From Candidatus Acidiferrales bacterium (GTDB taxonomy: Bacteria > Acidobacteriota > Terriglobia > Acidiferrales > UBA7541): a stretch of 64,000 nucleotides of DNA. The notes beneath the pieces were generated by a model. It was not told the origin of the DNA. It was given only the letters and a program-made list of their open reading frames with translations, and did no database searches. Made by a program: the position numbers and the translations under genes. The DNA is taken from NCBI GenBank assembly GCA_963839315.1, contig CAWIUU010000024.1, forward strand, positions 129,631 through 193,630. Reading direction: 5' to 3'. This document shows, piece after piece, positions 25,473 to 36,201 of the stretch; position 1 is the stretch's first letter; every line of letters begins with the position of its first letter.

Positions 25473-28060
25473 GGCGAATCTCCTTTGTCCGGAGGCGGTT
25501 TCTCCGGCTCTTTCTTCTTCTTACCCCCAAAGATACCAAAAATCTTCTGCAAAGGTCCTTTTTTCTTGTCGGGAGCCTTGACAGCCTCGACACCGGAGCT
25601 ACCGTCCTGCGGCTGGGCATTTGGATCCGACTGTCCGGGAACTCCATTGGCTCCAGGAGGCTGAGGCTGTTTAGGGGATCCGCCACCAAAGATATGAGAA
25701 AGAAAAGATCCCGCAGCGGTGGCAGGCCCATGCCCGCCGTGCAACTCGCAGAGCTGGGTGGGAGCCGAGCCTCCGACGTAGACTTCTTCACGCGTGCTAG
25801 GGCAATTCGGTGTGGCCAGTTCCAGGGTGTCGGCATCGATCACCACCGATTGCACGCCCTCAGGCATCTGGAAATCTTTGACATCGCGGTAACCCGGCAG
25901 GGCGGTAGCCTTGATCATGAAATCGGCCCAGATGGGAGCGGCCGTCACTCCACCCGTCAAACCCAGTTCGTGATTATCGTCAAACCCGATCCAAATCACG
26001 CAGACCAGATTGCTGGTAAAACCCGCAAACCAGCCGTCATGCGAGGTGCCCGTTTTGCCCGCTGCCGGTAACTTGAACCCCTTGGCCCGGACAGGTGCGC
26101 CTGTGCCCTTATTCATCACGTCCTGCATGAGGCTATCGACCAAAAAGGCCACGCGTGGGTCGAGCACCAGTTTGTTGGTCGGAGAATATTTCTCCAGAGT
26201 GTTTCCGCCAGCACTGGTCACGTTCTTCAGGAACACAGGTTCGGCCCGAGTTCCGACAGTGGCAAAGGCAGTGTACGCGCCTGCCACTTCCAGCGGCGTC
26301 AGTTCATAGGCGCCCAACGCAACCGCTGGAGTTGGCCTAATGTTAGAGCCTAGCCCCATTTGGCGGGCGATCTGGACCACGCGGCCATAGCCAACCATTT
26401 CCGCGACTTTCACCGTAGCGACGTTAAGCGAATTGGTCAGCGCTTGCCGGATGGTGACCTTGCCCATGAATCTCTCGCCATAATTGTTGGGGGTATATTC
26501 CTGGCCGTCGTACTCGAATACGGTGGGCTCATCGTCAACCGTGGTTGCAGGAGTAATGACGGGCTGCACCCCGTCGATGGCGTTGTTGAAAGCTGCCGCA
26601 TAGACGAATGGTTTGAAGACGGAGCCCGGCTGCCGGTGCGCCAGTGCATGGTTCAACTGGCTCTGGCCATAGTCCCTGCCGCCGATGAGTGCCTTGATTT
26701 CGCCTGTTCGGGGGTCCAATGCCACAAGGGCTACTTGCGCCTGGGGTACAGTCTCAGTAGTTGTCGCAGCCTTCTTACCGGCCGCCTTTCTCAGTTTTTC
26801 GTAGCGCTTATGCAGGAGTACGTCGACATTCTTCATGCCGGCTTCCACGGCCACGGCTGCCGCGCGCTGCAATTGGGGGTCAAGCGTGGTATACACGCGG
26901 AAATTCTCGCTGAGCAACTCGGCCTCGGAATATTTTTCAAGGAGATGGTCTTTCACCAGGTCGATGAAATAGGGAGCTTCATTGCCCGCCACGGAGGCGC
27001 GCACCAACTTCAGGGGGACGCGCTTGGCATCCTGCACATCAGCTTCGGTGACGAATTTATTGTCAAGCATCTGGGTCAGGACACGATCGCGTGCTTGCAC
27101 CGCGCGCTCCGGATGCCGGTCGGAAACAGAGTAATAGTTGGGAGCGCGGATCAAGCCAGCAAGGAACGCACACTCGGGAAGGGAGAGTTGCCGCAGGTCC
27201 GTGCCGAAGTAAGCGACACTGGCCTCGGCGAAACCACGGATGCCAAAGCTGCCACGATTGCCAAGGTATACTTCATTCGCGTACATCTCAAAAATCTGCT
27301 GCTTGGTGAAACGTTGTTCCAGTTCGAAGGAGAGCATCGCCTCGGCTAGTTTCCGCCGCCAGGTACGATCGGTGGAAAGAAAGTAGGTACGCGCCACCTG
27401 CATAGTGATGGTGCTGGCGCCCTGCATGTGCTGGCTGTGCCGGATATCGGCCCAGGCGGCTCCGAAGATACGGATGAAATCGAAGCCCGGATGTTCAAAG
27501 AAGCGCTTGTCTTCAGCGGAAAGAATGGCGTGCACCAGCAACGGCGGGAGATCCTCATAACGCACGGGCCGCCGTTTTTCGCGGGCGCTATCGAACAGAT
27601 TGGTAAGAAGCGCCGGCTCAATGTCCGCACTCCCCATGTCCGGCCCGCCGGAGAGGGGCCGAATTGAGCGGATGACGTCTCCGCGGAACTCCACCGCCAG
27701 AGAATTGCCTCCCCCGAAATAGGAGATCTTGGAAGGCCGTATGTCCACGGTCTTGTCGTTGACGACGTATTGGCCCATGGAGTTGTCATCTTGCGAGGGG
27801 CGATAGCCGGCCCGTTGCAGGTACATCACCAGGTCGTCCTGGCTCCAGGCCTGGCCGTCGGAGATACGTTCCGGGGCGGAAAAAATCTGCGTGGTGTTCT
27901 GGAGTACGTGGCCAGACAGACGCGCATCAATCATGTGCGAATATTTCACATAGAAATAAGTGAAAGTGCAGGCCGCAAGCAAGAAGCATCCGGCGAAAAA
28001 GATCAGCAGCCCAAGACCGAGGCGTGAGGTCCAGAAGCCTTTTTCTAAGCGAAAGCGCAA
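25469..28060 (-). CDS. class A penicillin-binding protein (PBP1B-like)
   Basis: Transglycosylase EDKRFFEH and GASTITMQ; transpeptidase GSVFK, SLN and KTGT; UB2H-like region after the TM. Confidence 0.95.
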   Translation of the reverse strand: MRFRLEKGFWTSRLGLGLLIFFAGCFLLAACTFTYFYVKYSHMIDARLSGHVLQNTTQIFSAPERISDGQAWSQDDLVMYLQRAGYRPSQDDNSMGQYVVNDKTVDIRPSKISYFGGGNSLAVEFRGDVIRSIRPLSGGPDMGSADIEPALLTNLFDSAREKRRPVRYEDLPPLLVHAILSAEDKRFFEHPGFDFIRIFGAAWADIRHSQHMQGASTITMQVARTYFLSTDRTWRRKLAEAMLSFELEQRFTKQQIFEMYANEVYLGNRGSFGIRGFAEASVAYFGTDLRQLSLPECAFLAGLIRAPNYYSVSDRHPERAVQARDRVLTQMLDNKFVTEADVQDAKRVPLKLVRASVAGNEAPYFIDLVKDHLLEKYSEAELLSENFRVYTTLDPQLQRAAAVAVEAGMKNVDVLLHKRYEKLRKAAGKKAATTTETVPQAQVALVALDPRTGEIKALIGGRDYGQSQLNHALAHRQPGSVFKPFVYAAAFNNAIDGVQPVITPATTVDDEPTVFEYDGQEYTPNNYGERFMGKVTIRQALTNSLNVATVKVAEMVGYGRVVQIARQMGLGSNIRPTPAVALGAYELTPLEVAGAYTAFATVGTRAEPVFLKNVTSAGGNTLEKYSPTNKLVLDPRVAFLVDSLMQDVMNKGTGAPVRAKGFKLPAAGKTGTSHDGWFAGFTSNLVCVIWIGFDDNHELGLTGGVTAAPIWADFMIKATALPGYRDVKDFQMPEGVQSVVIDADTLELATPNCPSTREEVYVGGSAPTQLCELHGGHGPATAAGSFLSHIFGGGSPKQPQPPGANGVPGQSDPNAQPQDGSSGVEAVKAPDKKKGPLQKIFGIFGGKKKKEPEKPPPDKGDSP

Positions 28061-28168
28061 AAGATGACTCCCCGAGGGTGGACTCTCTTATTGTCTCCGA
28101 TTGCAGCCTTGGAAGAAAGCGACGGTCCAGAAATGGCGAAAAATCCGCGAAAAAGGGTCATGCAGGCC

Positions 28169-28558
28169 CTATCTCAAGATGTCAACGCCTTCACCTGCAG
28201 GGGCAAAATTCAAATCGGTCTGGTAAACCAGGAAATCGACTGGAGCAGTGTAGTTCAAGCTGATGCGTATGCCGTGGTTAGTGTGTTCCACCTTGATGTC
28301 TTCGCGCTTCGCGGGAATGTCGAGGTCCTGGACGGTCTTGAAAATGATGTCGCGGATTTGGTCTTCCGAGTAGCGGTTAACAACCGCAAAGCGCGCCTGC
28401 TCGCTCATCTTGTCTTTCAGTTGATAGTCGGCGACATACAGCGGAACTAACTTGAAAGCGACGAAAACACCCGCAACCAGAATGACGGTGTAAATGATCG
28501 CCTTAAGCTTGCCTTCGCCACGCTGACGTCCGTGGGATGCTTTGGCTGGCTGATTCAC
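28169..28558 (-). CDS. DUF4845-like small membrane protein
   Basis: GTG start after GGAGAGG; RQRGEG followed by a TM helix, pilin-like N-terminus. Confidence 0.65.
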   Translation of the reverse strand: MNQPAKASHGRQRGEGKLKAIIYTVILVAGVFVAFKLVPLYVADYQLKDKMSEQARFAVVNRYSEDQIRDIIFKTVQDLDIPAKREDIKVEHTNHGIRISLNYTAPVDFLVYQTDLNFAPAGEGVDILR

Positions 28559-28734
28559 AGCATACCTCTCCGGGCACTGCCCCTTGCAGAGACTGGACAG
28601 TGCGCATTCTGTTTCTGTCCTTTTTACGCTAGCACCCTGTGAAAGCACTGTCGAGATTTGGTGCGCACCGATGTTCTTCAGTCGTAATACATGAAAACGC
28701 GCTCCGACTGGCGATACTTTTTTATCAACAGATC

Positions 28735-30198
28735 TCAGTAGGCCCTGGCGAAAATCGCACGATCCTTTGCAGGCTTCCCGCAATAGACGCAACTCCCCGT
28801 ACCCATTCCGCCAGCGGTCCCCAAGACGGAGGCCTGATCCAGAGGAATGCAGCGCATCGTGGCGCGAGTTTCTTGTTTAATCTTTTCTTCGCACTCACCG
28901 CTGCCGCACCAATGGGCAAACGCGAAACCGCTCTCCACTGCCTTCTTGAAGACATCGTAGTTCTCGGCTTCGTGCGTGTTGGCACGACGGAAAGCCAGGG
29001 CCTTGTCATAGAGCGATTGGTGAATGTCCGCCAGCAGCTTCTCGATGGTCCCCGCCAAGTCTGCCAGCGGGGCGCTAACCTTCCCTTCCCTGCCGGGCTT
29101 GTCGCGGCGCGCAAGCATGGCGGCCTGCTTAGCTACATCCTTAGGGCCTAGTTCCACGCGGACTGGGACGCCGCGCATTTCCCAGTCGTTGAACTTCCAG
29201 CCGGGGCTGAAGCCTTCGCGCTCGTCGAGAGTGACGCGCAGGTTTGCTTTGACGAGTTGCGCCTTAAGTTCCTTTGCTGTTTTTGTGACGGAAGCTTTCT
29301 CTTCATCGGTCTTGTAGATAGGCACGATGACGACTTGCGTGGGCGCCAGCTTTGGCGGCATCACCAGGCCCTGATCGTCGCCGTGAACCATGATAATGGC
29401 ACCGATCATTCGCGTGGAAAGCCCCCACGAGGTTGTCCAGCAGTGTTGCAGGGTGCCGTTCTGGTCGAGATATCTCACTTCAAAGGCTTGGGCGAAATTC
29501 TGTCCCAGGAAGTGCGACGTTCCGGATTGTAGCGCCTTGCCGTCGCCCATCATCGCTTCGATGGAATAGGTGATATCCGCCCCGGCAAATTTCTCCGCGT
29601 CGGATTTGGCGCCCGGAATTACGGGGATTGCCGCTTCGTTCACCGCGAAGTCAGTGTAGACGTCCAGCATCTGCCTGGTTTCTTCGATTGCTTCTTCGCG
29701 CGTGGCGTGCGCCGTGTGGCCCTCCTGCCAGTAGAACTCCAGCGTGCGCAGGAACAATTTTGTGCGCAACTCCCAGCGCACGACGCTGTTCCACTGGTTC
29801 ATGAGCATTGGCAGGTCACGGTAGGACTGGATCCATTTCGACCACATGTGGCCAATGATGGTTTCCGAAGTCGGGCGCAGGATCAGCGGTTCGGCAAGCT
29901 CTTCACCGCCGCCAATCGTTACGACTGCCAACTCAGGAGAAAAGCCTTCCACGTGGTGCTTCTCTTTTTCAATGAAGCTCTTGGGGATGAGTAGCGGAAA
30001 GGCTACGTTCTGGTGGCCAGTTGCTTTGAAGCGCCGATCAAGGGCGCCCTGGATGTTCTCCCACAGCGCCCAACCGTAAGGTCGCACGATCATGCAACCC
30101 CGCACCGGCGCGTAGTCGGCCAGTTGCGCCTTCAAAACAATTTGGTTATACCACTCGGAAAAATCTTCGGCTCGTGTTGGTAGCTTCTCTTCAGCCAT
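28735..30198 (-). CDS. proS: proline--tRNA ligase (archaeal/eukaryote-like type)
   Basis: DFSEWY, RPTSET, FLRTLEFYWQEGHTAH, SHFLGQNF, SWGLSTR, C-terminal Zn motif ending FARAY. Confidence 0.97.
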   Translation of the reverse strand: MAEEKLPTRAEDFSEWYNQIVLKAQLADYAPVRGCMIVRPYGWALWENIQGALDRRFKATGHQNVAFPLLIPKSFIEKEKHHVEGFSPELAVVTIGGGEELAEPLILRPTSETIIGHMWSKWIQSYRDLPMLMNQWNSVVRWELRTKLFLRTLEFYWQEGHTAHATREEAIEETRQMLDVYTDFAVNEAAIPVIPGAKSDAEKFAGADITYSIEAMMGDGKALQSGTSHFLGQNFAQAFEVRYLDQNGTLQHCWTTSWGLSTRMIGAIIMVHGDDQGLVMPPKLAPTQVVIVPIYKTDEEKASVTKTAKELKAQLVKANLRVTLDEREGFSPGWKFNDWEMRGVPVRVELGPKDVAKQAAMLARRDKPGREGKVSAPLADLAGTIEKLLADIHQSLYDKALAFRRANTHEAENYDVFKKAVESGFAFAHWCGSGECEEKIKQETRATMRCIPLDQASVLGTAGGMGTGSCVYCGKPAKDRAIFARAY

Positions 30199-30423
30199 GC
30201 GTCTCCCTGTTTATTTCTGCAGCGATGTGTAAGCTTTTCAGCGTAACGGACGCCGTCTCTCACTGTCAACGCAAGGCGCTCACACAGCGGTAACTCGGTT
30301 TTCGCGGCGGATCTCCTCTGGTCACTCCTTTTTTTTGAACATCCAAAGCCGTAAGTTTCATCACAAACACATCACCTTTTCTGCGCACTTGAGTTCGGCC
30401 GGCTAAACGTAAGTTGACAAGTA

Positions 30424-30452
30424 TTGGCAGCCGACCCGACCTCGTTTACAAT
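30424..30452 (+). promoter_or_regulatory. sigma70-like promoter, probably leaderless
   Basis: TTGGCA (30424-30429), 17 bp, TACAAT (30447-30452); ATG follows 7 nt later with no RBS. Confidence 0.55.
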
Positions 30453-30459
30453 TCCCCGC

Positions 30460-30999
30460 ATGCGCAAAGTGGTCCTTGGCCTCGGCATCAGCCTCGACGG
30501 CTATATCGCTCGAAGGAACGGTTCCGTTGACTTTCTCTTTATGCCCAAAGACTACTCGATGGCGCCGTTCTTTAAGACAATTGATACCGCGGTGATGGGT
30601 CGTAAGACTTACGAGGCGGGCCTGAAGATGGGCGGTTCCTTCGGCGGATCTTCCATGACTTCCTACGTCGTGACTGGTTCTCAACCGCCAGGTGAGCGGG
30701 GTGGCGTCATCTTCACCAATCAGGCTCCCGCCGCACTAGTCGCAGAAATCCGCAAGCGCCGAGGCAAAGACATCTGGCTGATGGGCGGTGGTGAACTGGC
30801 GCGTGATTTTCTGAAAGCGGATCTGGTGGATGAACTGTATCTAGGCGTCGTGCCCGTCTTGCTGGGAGAGGGCCTGCCACTTTTTCCCAGCGGATTTCCG
30901 CAACGAGATTTCGCTCTGCTTGAGAACAAGACTTTCTCCAAAGGACTCATCGCGCTGAAATACAAACGCCTCCGGACAAAAGCAAAACGCAAACATTGA
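30460..30999 (+). CDS. dihydrofolate reductase/RibD C-terminal family protein
   Basis: MRKVVL..SLDGYIA, MGRKTYE, IWLMGGGEL, PVLLGEGLPLF. Confidence 0.9.
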   Translation: MRKVVLGLGISLDGYIARRNGSVDFLFMPKDYSMAPFFKTIDTAVMGRKTYEAGLKMGGSFGGSSMTSYVVTGSQPPGERGGVIFTNQAPAALVAEIRKRRGKDIWLMGGGELARDFLKADLVDELYLGVVPVLLGEGLPLFPSGFPQRDFALLENKTFSKGLIALKYKRLRTKAKRKH

Positions 31000-31060
31000 T
31001 CGCGAAGAAATTGAGTCTGGGATGCCCTGGCGGTGAGTGCCTGGCTTTTTCGAAGTGCTT

Positions 31061-32011
31061 TTAAATCGAGCTGCCGAGGAACCACTCTTCGTCGGAGCCC
31101 TTCGAGTGGCTGCGGATGAGCAACTCCGGATCTTTTACCGTGACGCGGCTGTACGGCGCCACCGAGTGAGTGAGCCACACGTTACCACCAATGATGCTGT
31201 GATGTCCGATACGCGTGTCGCCGCCAAGTATGGTTGCACCAGGATAGATGGTGACGTAATCCTCGATATCAGGATGGCGTTTGTTGGACACCCCGCGGAC
31301 CAACTCCCCCTCCGTGTCACGGCGGCTGGTGGGATTGAACGCGCCGAGCGTCACGCCGTGGTACAGGGTGACGTGCTTGCCGATGGTCGCCGTTTCACCG
31401 ATCACCACGCCCGTGCCATGATCGATAAAAAAAGATTCATCGATTTTCGCACCCGGATGAATATCAATCCCGGTGCGGCTGTGCGCAATCTCGGTCATCA
31501 TGCGCGGCAAATAAGGCACGCTTAGCAAATACAATTCATGCGCCAACCTCTGCACGATGATCGTTTCCACTCCAGGATAGCTCAACAATATTTCCTCAAA
31601 GCCGCTCGCTGCCGGGTCGTTTTTCATTGCCGCGCGCAAATCCGCGCCTAGCAACTGCGCAAGCCCCGGGAGCTTTGCGTGCAACGCCTCCACCAATTCA
31701 CCCGCGCTCTCCGCAAGATTTGCAGGGATCACTTTCCCGCAACAATTGAAATCAAAGCGCATCGCATAGACGATCTGCTCCGCCAACTGCAAATCCAGTT
31801 TCGCCAGAAAGCCTTCCGCCTCCGGGTTGGGCACTTCTTCCTTCGCGTAGTACAGCGGGAAGAGCCCGTCCAGGTACGAGCGACAAAATACCGCCACCTC
31901 ATCCTTGGAAGGCAATCGGTATTCCCACATGCTGGAGTCCGCCAAGCGAGCCTCCAGCGCCAAGCGGAACTCGCGGGCCAAGGAGCGCAAATCATTATTG
32001 GGTGTGGTCAT
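31061..32011 (-). CDS. cysE: serine O-acetyltransferase
   Basis: DPAA, SYPG, TGIDIHPGA, FIDHGTGVVIGET, KRHP. Confidence 0.93.
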   Translation of the reverse strand: MTTPNNDLRSLAREFRLALEARLADSSMWEYRLPSKDEVAVFCRSYLDGLFPLYYAKEEVPNPEAEGFLAKLDLQLAEQIVYAMRFDFNCCGKVIPANLAESAGELVEALHAKLPGLAQLLGADLRAAMKNDPAASGFEEILLSYPGVETIIVQRLAHELYLLSVPYLPRMMTEIAHSRTGIDIHPGAKIDESFFIDHGTGVVIGETATIGKHVTLYHGVTLGAFNPTSRRDTEGELVRGVSNKRHPDIEDYVTIYPGATILGGDTRIGHHSIIGGNVWLTHSVAPYSRVTVKDPELLIRSHSKGSDEEWFLGSSI

Positions 32012-32158
32012 AGCGATCGGGGCGGCGATGGTGTTGCTCTTGAGCGGAATCGTGGCTTAGTGTTCATGATCCCCGGAAATTCGCATCGTGCTTCAAGGTT
32101 GAAAATTATGGGCTCGCAATTCAGTTCGTTTTTGACCAGCACTCTGCTCGCTCTCTTA

Positions 32159-33115
32159 TTATCCAATCCCCTCGAACAGGATGGTCGAAAGGTACCGTTC
32201 GCCGCCGTCGGGCAGGACGGCCACGATGGTCTTGCCCGCGAACTCCGGCAGTTTCGCAAGGCGCACAGCTGCCGCCGCGGCCGCGCCGCAAGAAATGCCG
32301 CTAAGGATGCCTTCTTCGCGCGCCAGTCGGCGAGCCATTTCCACGGACTCTTCGTTCGTAACCTGTTCAACGCGATCGACCACGTTTAGGTCAAGGTTAT
32401 TGGGGACAAAGCCTGCACCGATTCCCTGAATCTTGTGTGGCCCCGGTACCAAAGGCTGGCCGGACCGCGTTTGTGTAATTACCGGACTAGCTGTCGGCTC
32501 CACGGCAACAGAGAGGATCTTCTTGCCCTTGGTGTTTTTGATGTAGCGCGAGACTCCGGTAATGGTGCCGCCCGTTCCCACTCCCGAAACCAACACATCG
32601 ATTTGTCCATCGGTGTCGGTCCAGATTTCCGGGCCGGTGGTCTTTTCGTGAATTTCGGGGTTGGCAGGATTGTCGAACTGTTGCGGCAGGAAGTAGTGCT
32701 GTTTCTCGGATTCGTAAATTTCGGTGGCCTTTTTGATGGCGCCTTTCATGCCTTCCGGACCGGGCGTGAGCACCAGTTTCGCACCAAACGCCGCGAGGAC
32801 GCGCCGCCTTTCCAGGGACATGGTCTCCGGCATGGTCAACGTAATCGCATACCCGCGCGCCGCGGCGACAAATGCCAAGGCAATACCCGTGTTGCCGCTG
32901 GTTGGCTCCACAATCTCGATTCCCGGTTTCAGCACACCGCGCTTTTCCGCATCCCAGATCATGGCCGCCCCGATACGATCCTTCACGGAGTACGCTGGTC
33001 CTCGCCCCTCGATCTTCGCCAGTACCGTAGCTTTCGCGCCCTCGGTCACTCGATGCAGCTTGATCAAGGGTGTCCTTCCGATGCTCAGTGAGTTGTCAGC
33101 GTATGTATTTGGCAT
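32159..33115 (-). CDS. cysK: cysteine synthase A
   Basis: SVKDRIG (PLP lysine), [28 protein letters not shown]. Confidence 0.97.
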   Translation of the reverse strand: MPNTYADNSLSIGRTPLIKLHRVTEGAKATVLAKIEGRGPAYSVKDRIGAAMIWDAEKRGVLKPGIEIVEPTSGNTGIALAFVAAARGYAITLTMPETMSLERRRVLAAFGAKLVLTPGPEGMKGAIKKATEIYESEKQHYFLPQQFDNPANPEIHEKTTGPEIWTDTDGQIDVLVSGVGTGGTITGVSRYIKNTKGKKILSVAVEPTASPVITQTRSGQPLVPGPHKIQGIGAGFVPNNLDLNVVDRVEQVTNEESVEMARRLAREEGILSGISCGAAAAAAVRLAKLPEFAGKTIVAVLPDGGERYLSTILFEGIG

Positions 33116-33327
33116 GTCCATCCTCGGTAACAAGAATTTGCTGTATCGGGAACAGCGCCCCAAGTATAAAACCCAACAGAGGGAAACCGCAGCCTGGATA
33201 ACATCCAAAGGTTGGATGCTGGGAAACTGTACTTGTAATGGTGGAGAGAGGCAAGAAAATCGGCTGGAAACCGGTCAGGCTGACGAGGCATGAAGTATAG
33301 ACACGCCGAGAATTCCTGCATGAAAGG

Positions 33328-34068
33328 CTACAGCTTGGGATTCGGCACGAATTGGTAGCCAACACCACGAACAGTGAGCAAATGTGCGGGCTTGGAAGGA
33401 TCCTGCTCAATATATCGGCGCAGGCGCACGATGAAATTGTCGATGGCGCGTGTGTCGGTATCCTCATGTAAATTCCACACGTCTTCGAGGATTGCCTTGC
33501 GGGAAACGGGATGGCCGGAGTTTCGGATCAGGTAACGGAAAAGCTCCATTTCCATCAGGGTCAATTGAATGACCTTCTCGCCGGCGCACAACTGAAGCTT
33601 CTGGAAATCAACAAGCTTGTCTTCGAAGCGATAGGGTTCCTCCGAGGAGCCGGCAGGGAGCGTGGATGTAATGGCAGGTGCGCTGGAGTCCTGAGACCAC
33701 TTCTTGCGGCGCAACAAACTCTCAATTCGCGCGATCAGAATGGCCAGGTTGAATGGTTTTGGCAGGTAGTCGTCGGCGCCGGATTCGAATCCTTTAAGCA
33801 CATCCTCCGCGCGGCTCCGCGCCGTGAGCATGAGAAGAGGGATGAAATTCTTAGCTTCGCGCAATTCGCGGGCAACGGAAAAGCCGTCTTTTCCGGGCAG
33901 CATGACGTCGAGAACCAAAGCGTCAAATTCTTCGCGGTCCTTCAGCAAACGTGTAAGCGCCTCTTCACCACGGTCGGTTATCTGGACGGTGTGGCCTTCT
34001 GCTTCAAGGTTGAAGCGCAAGCCTTGCGCGAGGTGCGCTTCGTCTTCGACGATGAATATACGACTCAT
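33328..34068 (-). CDS. OmpR-family response regulator
   Basis: IVEDE, LDVMLP, GADDYLPKPF, winged-helix TVRGVGY. Confidence 0.95.
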   Translation of the reverse strand: MSRIFIVEDEAHLAQGLRFNLEAEGHTVQITDRGEEALTRLLKDREEFDALVLDVMLPGKDGFSVARELREAKNFIPLLMLTARSRAEDVLKGFESGADDYLPKPFNLAILIARIESLLRRKKWSQDSSAPAITSTLPAGSSEEPYRFEDKLVDFQKLQLCAGEKVIQLTLMEMELFRYLIRNSGHPVSRKAILEDVWNLHEDTDTRAIDNFIVRLRRYIEQDPSKPAHLLTVRGVGYQFVPNPKL

Positions 34069-34970
34069 ACGCGATAGATTCTGGGAAGGCGGACAGTGAA
34101 CGTGCTGCCGCGGCCTTCACCCGCACTTTCAGCGAAGGCGTCGCCGCCGTGGCGGCGTGCAACTGAACGAACGATAAAAAGACCCAGCCCAGTTCCTTTC
34201 ACCTGACCCGTCAGGGGATTCGTTGCGCGGTAAAAACGATTAAAAATACGCTTTAATTCCCCGTGCGAGATGCCGATGCCCCGGTCATGTACCGACAGTA
34301 AAACCTTGTCAATATTGGGTGTGAGCAGGTCGACAATAATATCTTTCTTCTCACCGGAATACTTAACGGCATTGTCAAACAGATTGAAGACCACGGTGCG
34401 AAGCTCCTCGGGATTTCCCGCGACCAGGACTTCCTCTTGCGGCTCGGCGCCAAAGCGCATTTGCTCCGGGCCCAGATGATGGCGCAAGCGGGTGAGTTCA
34501 AGTGCATTCCGAACCAGGGTGGAAAAATCCAGCTCCTGCCAGTTTTTCCGGCTGCTGCGCTGGCGCGTCTCGCCGGCCTTCAGGACCTGTTCGACCGTGC
34601 CGAGTAGACGGTCGGTGTCGTTCAGCATGATGCGATAGAATTCGCGCCGTTGAGGCTCGTCGAGTTGCCGGCTCTCCAGGGTCTCCAGGTACAGGCGAAT
34701 CGAAGCGATGGGGGTCTTCAGTTCGTGAGTAACTGCGTTGAGGAAGCTATCCTGCTGTTCGTTCCGGCGAATTTCGCGAACGAGAAAAACGGTGTTCACG
34801 GACAGGCCAGCAATGATCAGTCCGAAGAAAATGATACCGAGGATTAGTGGAACAACTCGACGCCAGTTGAGGACAATCCAGCTGACATTGACGACAACCG
34901 TCAACGCAACCAGGCACACACCCAAGGTGATAAAGAAAGCGATCGATTTTGTGCGAGTGGAGATGCGCAT
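34065..34970 (-). CDS. sensor histidine kinase
   Basis: Two TMs, THELKTP H-box, NAVKYS, DRGIG, GTGLGL. Confidence 0.95.
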   Translation of the reverse strand: MRISTRTKSIAFFITLGVCLVALTVVVNVSWIVLNWRRVVPLILGIIFFGLIIAGLSVNTVFLVREIRRNEQQDSFLNAVTHELKTPIASIRLYLETLESRQLDEPQRREFYRIMLNDTDRLLGTVEQVLKAGETRQRSSRKNWQELDFSTLVRNALELTRLRHHLGPEQMRFGAEPQEEVLVAGNPEELRTVVFNLFDNAVKYSGEKKDIIVDLLTPNIDKVLLSVHDRGIGISHGELKRIFNRFYRATNPLTGQVKGTGLGLFIVRSVARRHGGDAFAESAGEGRGSTFTVRLPRIYRV

Positions 34971-35085
34971 GAGGACTGCCGCTCAGAACAACATAGTAGC
35001 GAAACAGGCCAAAAAACAGAACCGGCGCACAGTGGTGCCTGCAGGTTCCATTGCATCCAGAAAGGACAGCTAACCCAAAGGCAAG

Positions 35086-35988
35086 TTAGTCGCCAGAAGC
35101 AGTCCTCAGCGGGGCGATGGCTTTTTCGACCTCGACGGGAATTAGGGTTGGCATTTTTCTGGAGTTGAACTTCGGAAGTTTGATGTCCCACGCCAGGCCA
35201 AGCATTCGCAACGCCGTGATCCCGTACCAATTGACGTCGACTTCGTACCAAGTAATGCCGTGACGGGCCGCTTGAGGCGCAGCGTGGTGATTATTGTGCC
35301 AGCCTTCGCCGAAGGTAAGTATGGCCACCCAGAAACTGTTGGTCGAGGTGTCGCCGGTAAGGAAGCGCTGCGATCCCCACATGTGCGTTGCAGAGTTCAC
35401 AAGCCAAGTGGAGTGGAGACCAAAAACGGTGCGAAAGAAAAAGCCCCAAAGAAGGCAAGCCCATCCGCCGATCGCAAAGATCGACACAGCCACGACACCT
35501 ATGGGAACCCAGTGCCATTTGCTGATCCACACATGGAATTTGTCTTTGCGAAGATCGGAAACGTAAGGCAGAAGCTCATCGGCCTTGTTGTGCATGGCCT
35601 TGCCCGTCAAGATCCAACCCATGTGGGACCACAGGCCGCCATCACGCGGAGAGTGCGGGTCGCCTTCTTTGTCGGTGTTTTGATGGTGAACGCGGTGCGT
35701 GGCCACCCAAGCGATCGGGCCACCTTCCAGTGCCAGCGTGCCGCAAACGGTCAGGAAGTATTCCATCCATTTCGGAGTTTTGTAGCCGCGATGCGTGAGC
35801 AGGCGGTGGTAACCCATGCCGATGCCGAGGCTGCCGGCAACCCACCACATCACAACTGCCAGTGCGAGACCTCTCCAGGTAAAGAAAAATAGCGCCGCAA
35901 TGGCGCCCACATGGAATGCAGCCATGAAAAGTGTGGTGACCCAGATAATTGGCTGAGTAAAAGTTTTATCGCGCTTGAAGATGCTCAT
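35086..35988 (-). CDS. delta-9-type fatty acid desaturase
   Basis: His boxes HRLLTH, HRVHH, HNNHH; DPHSP. Confidence 0.95.
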   Translation of the reverse strand: MSIFKRDKTFTQPIIWVTTLFMAAFHVGAIAALFFFTWRGLALAVVMWWVAGSLGIGMGYHRLLTHRGYKTPKWMEYFLTVCGTLALEGGPIAWVATHRVHHQNTDKEGDPHSPRDGGLWSHMGWILTGKAMHNKADELLPYVSDLRKDKFHVWISKWHWVPIGVVAVSIFAIGGWACLLWGFFFRTVFGLHSTWLVNSATHMWGSQRFLTGDTSTNSFWVAILTFGEGWHNNHHAAPQAARHGITWYEVDVNWYGITALRMLGLAWDIKLPKFNSRKMPTLIPVEVEKAIAPLRTASGD

Positions 35989-36201
35989 TCTCCGTCGTCC
36001 TTGGTTGCTGTTTTTTTTTGACTTCGACTACCAACGTAGCACGGGGGAAAAGAGGCCTTTGTAATACTTGTGTAATCCTTGCCTGGATGTTTCGGAAACC
36101 CAAAGGTGGAATGAGAACGACCAGACCTGGAATCCACTACAGTGACCGGCTTACATTGCGGTTGATGACACAGTTGGTTAGAATCGCCGCCAGAGGCGTA
36201 C

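Noticed and set aside
29203-29214. GGGGCTGAAGCC REP-like motif in proS (and similar at ~13651 in metK)
   Set aside because: Single short matches explained by coding sequence (EGFSPG); no second hairpin.
30199-30420. T-box leader upstream of proS
   Set aside because: No T-box consensus (AAGGTGGTACC-like) or terminator/antiterminator seen.
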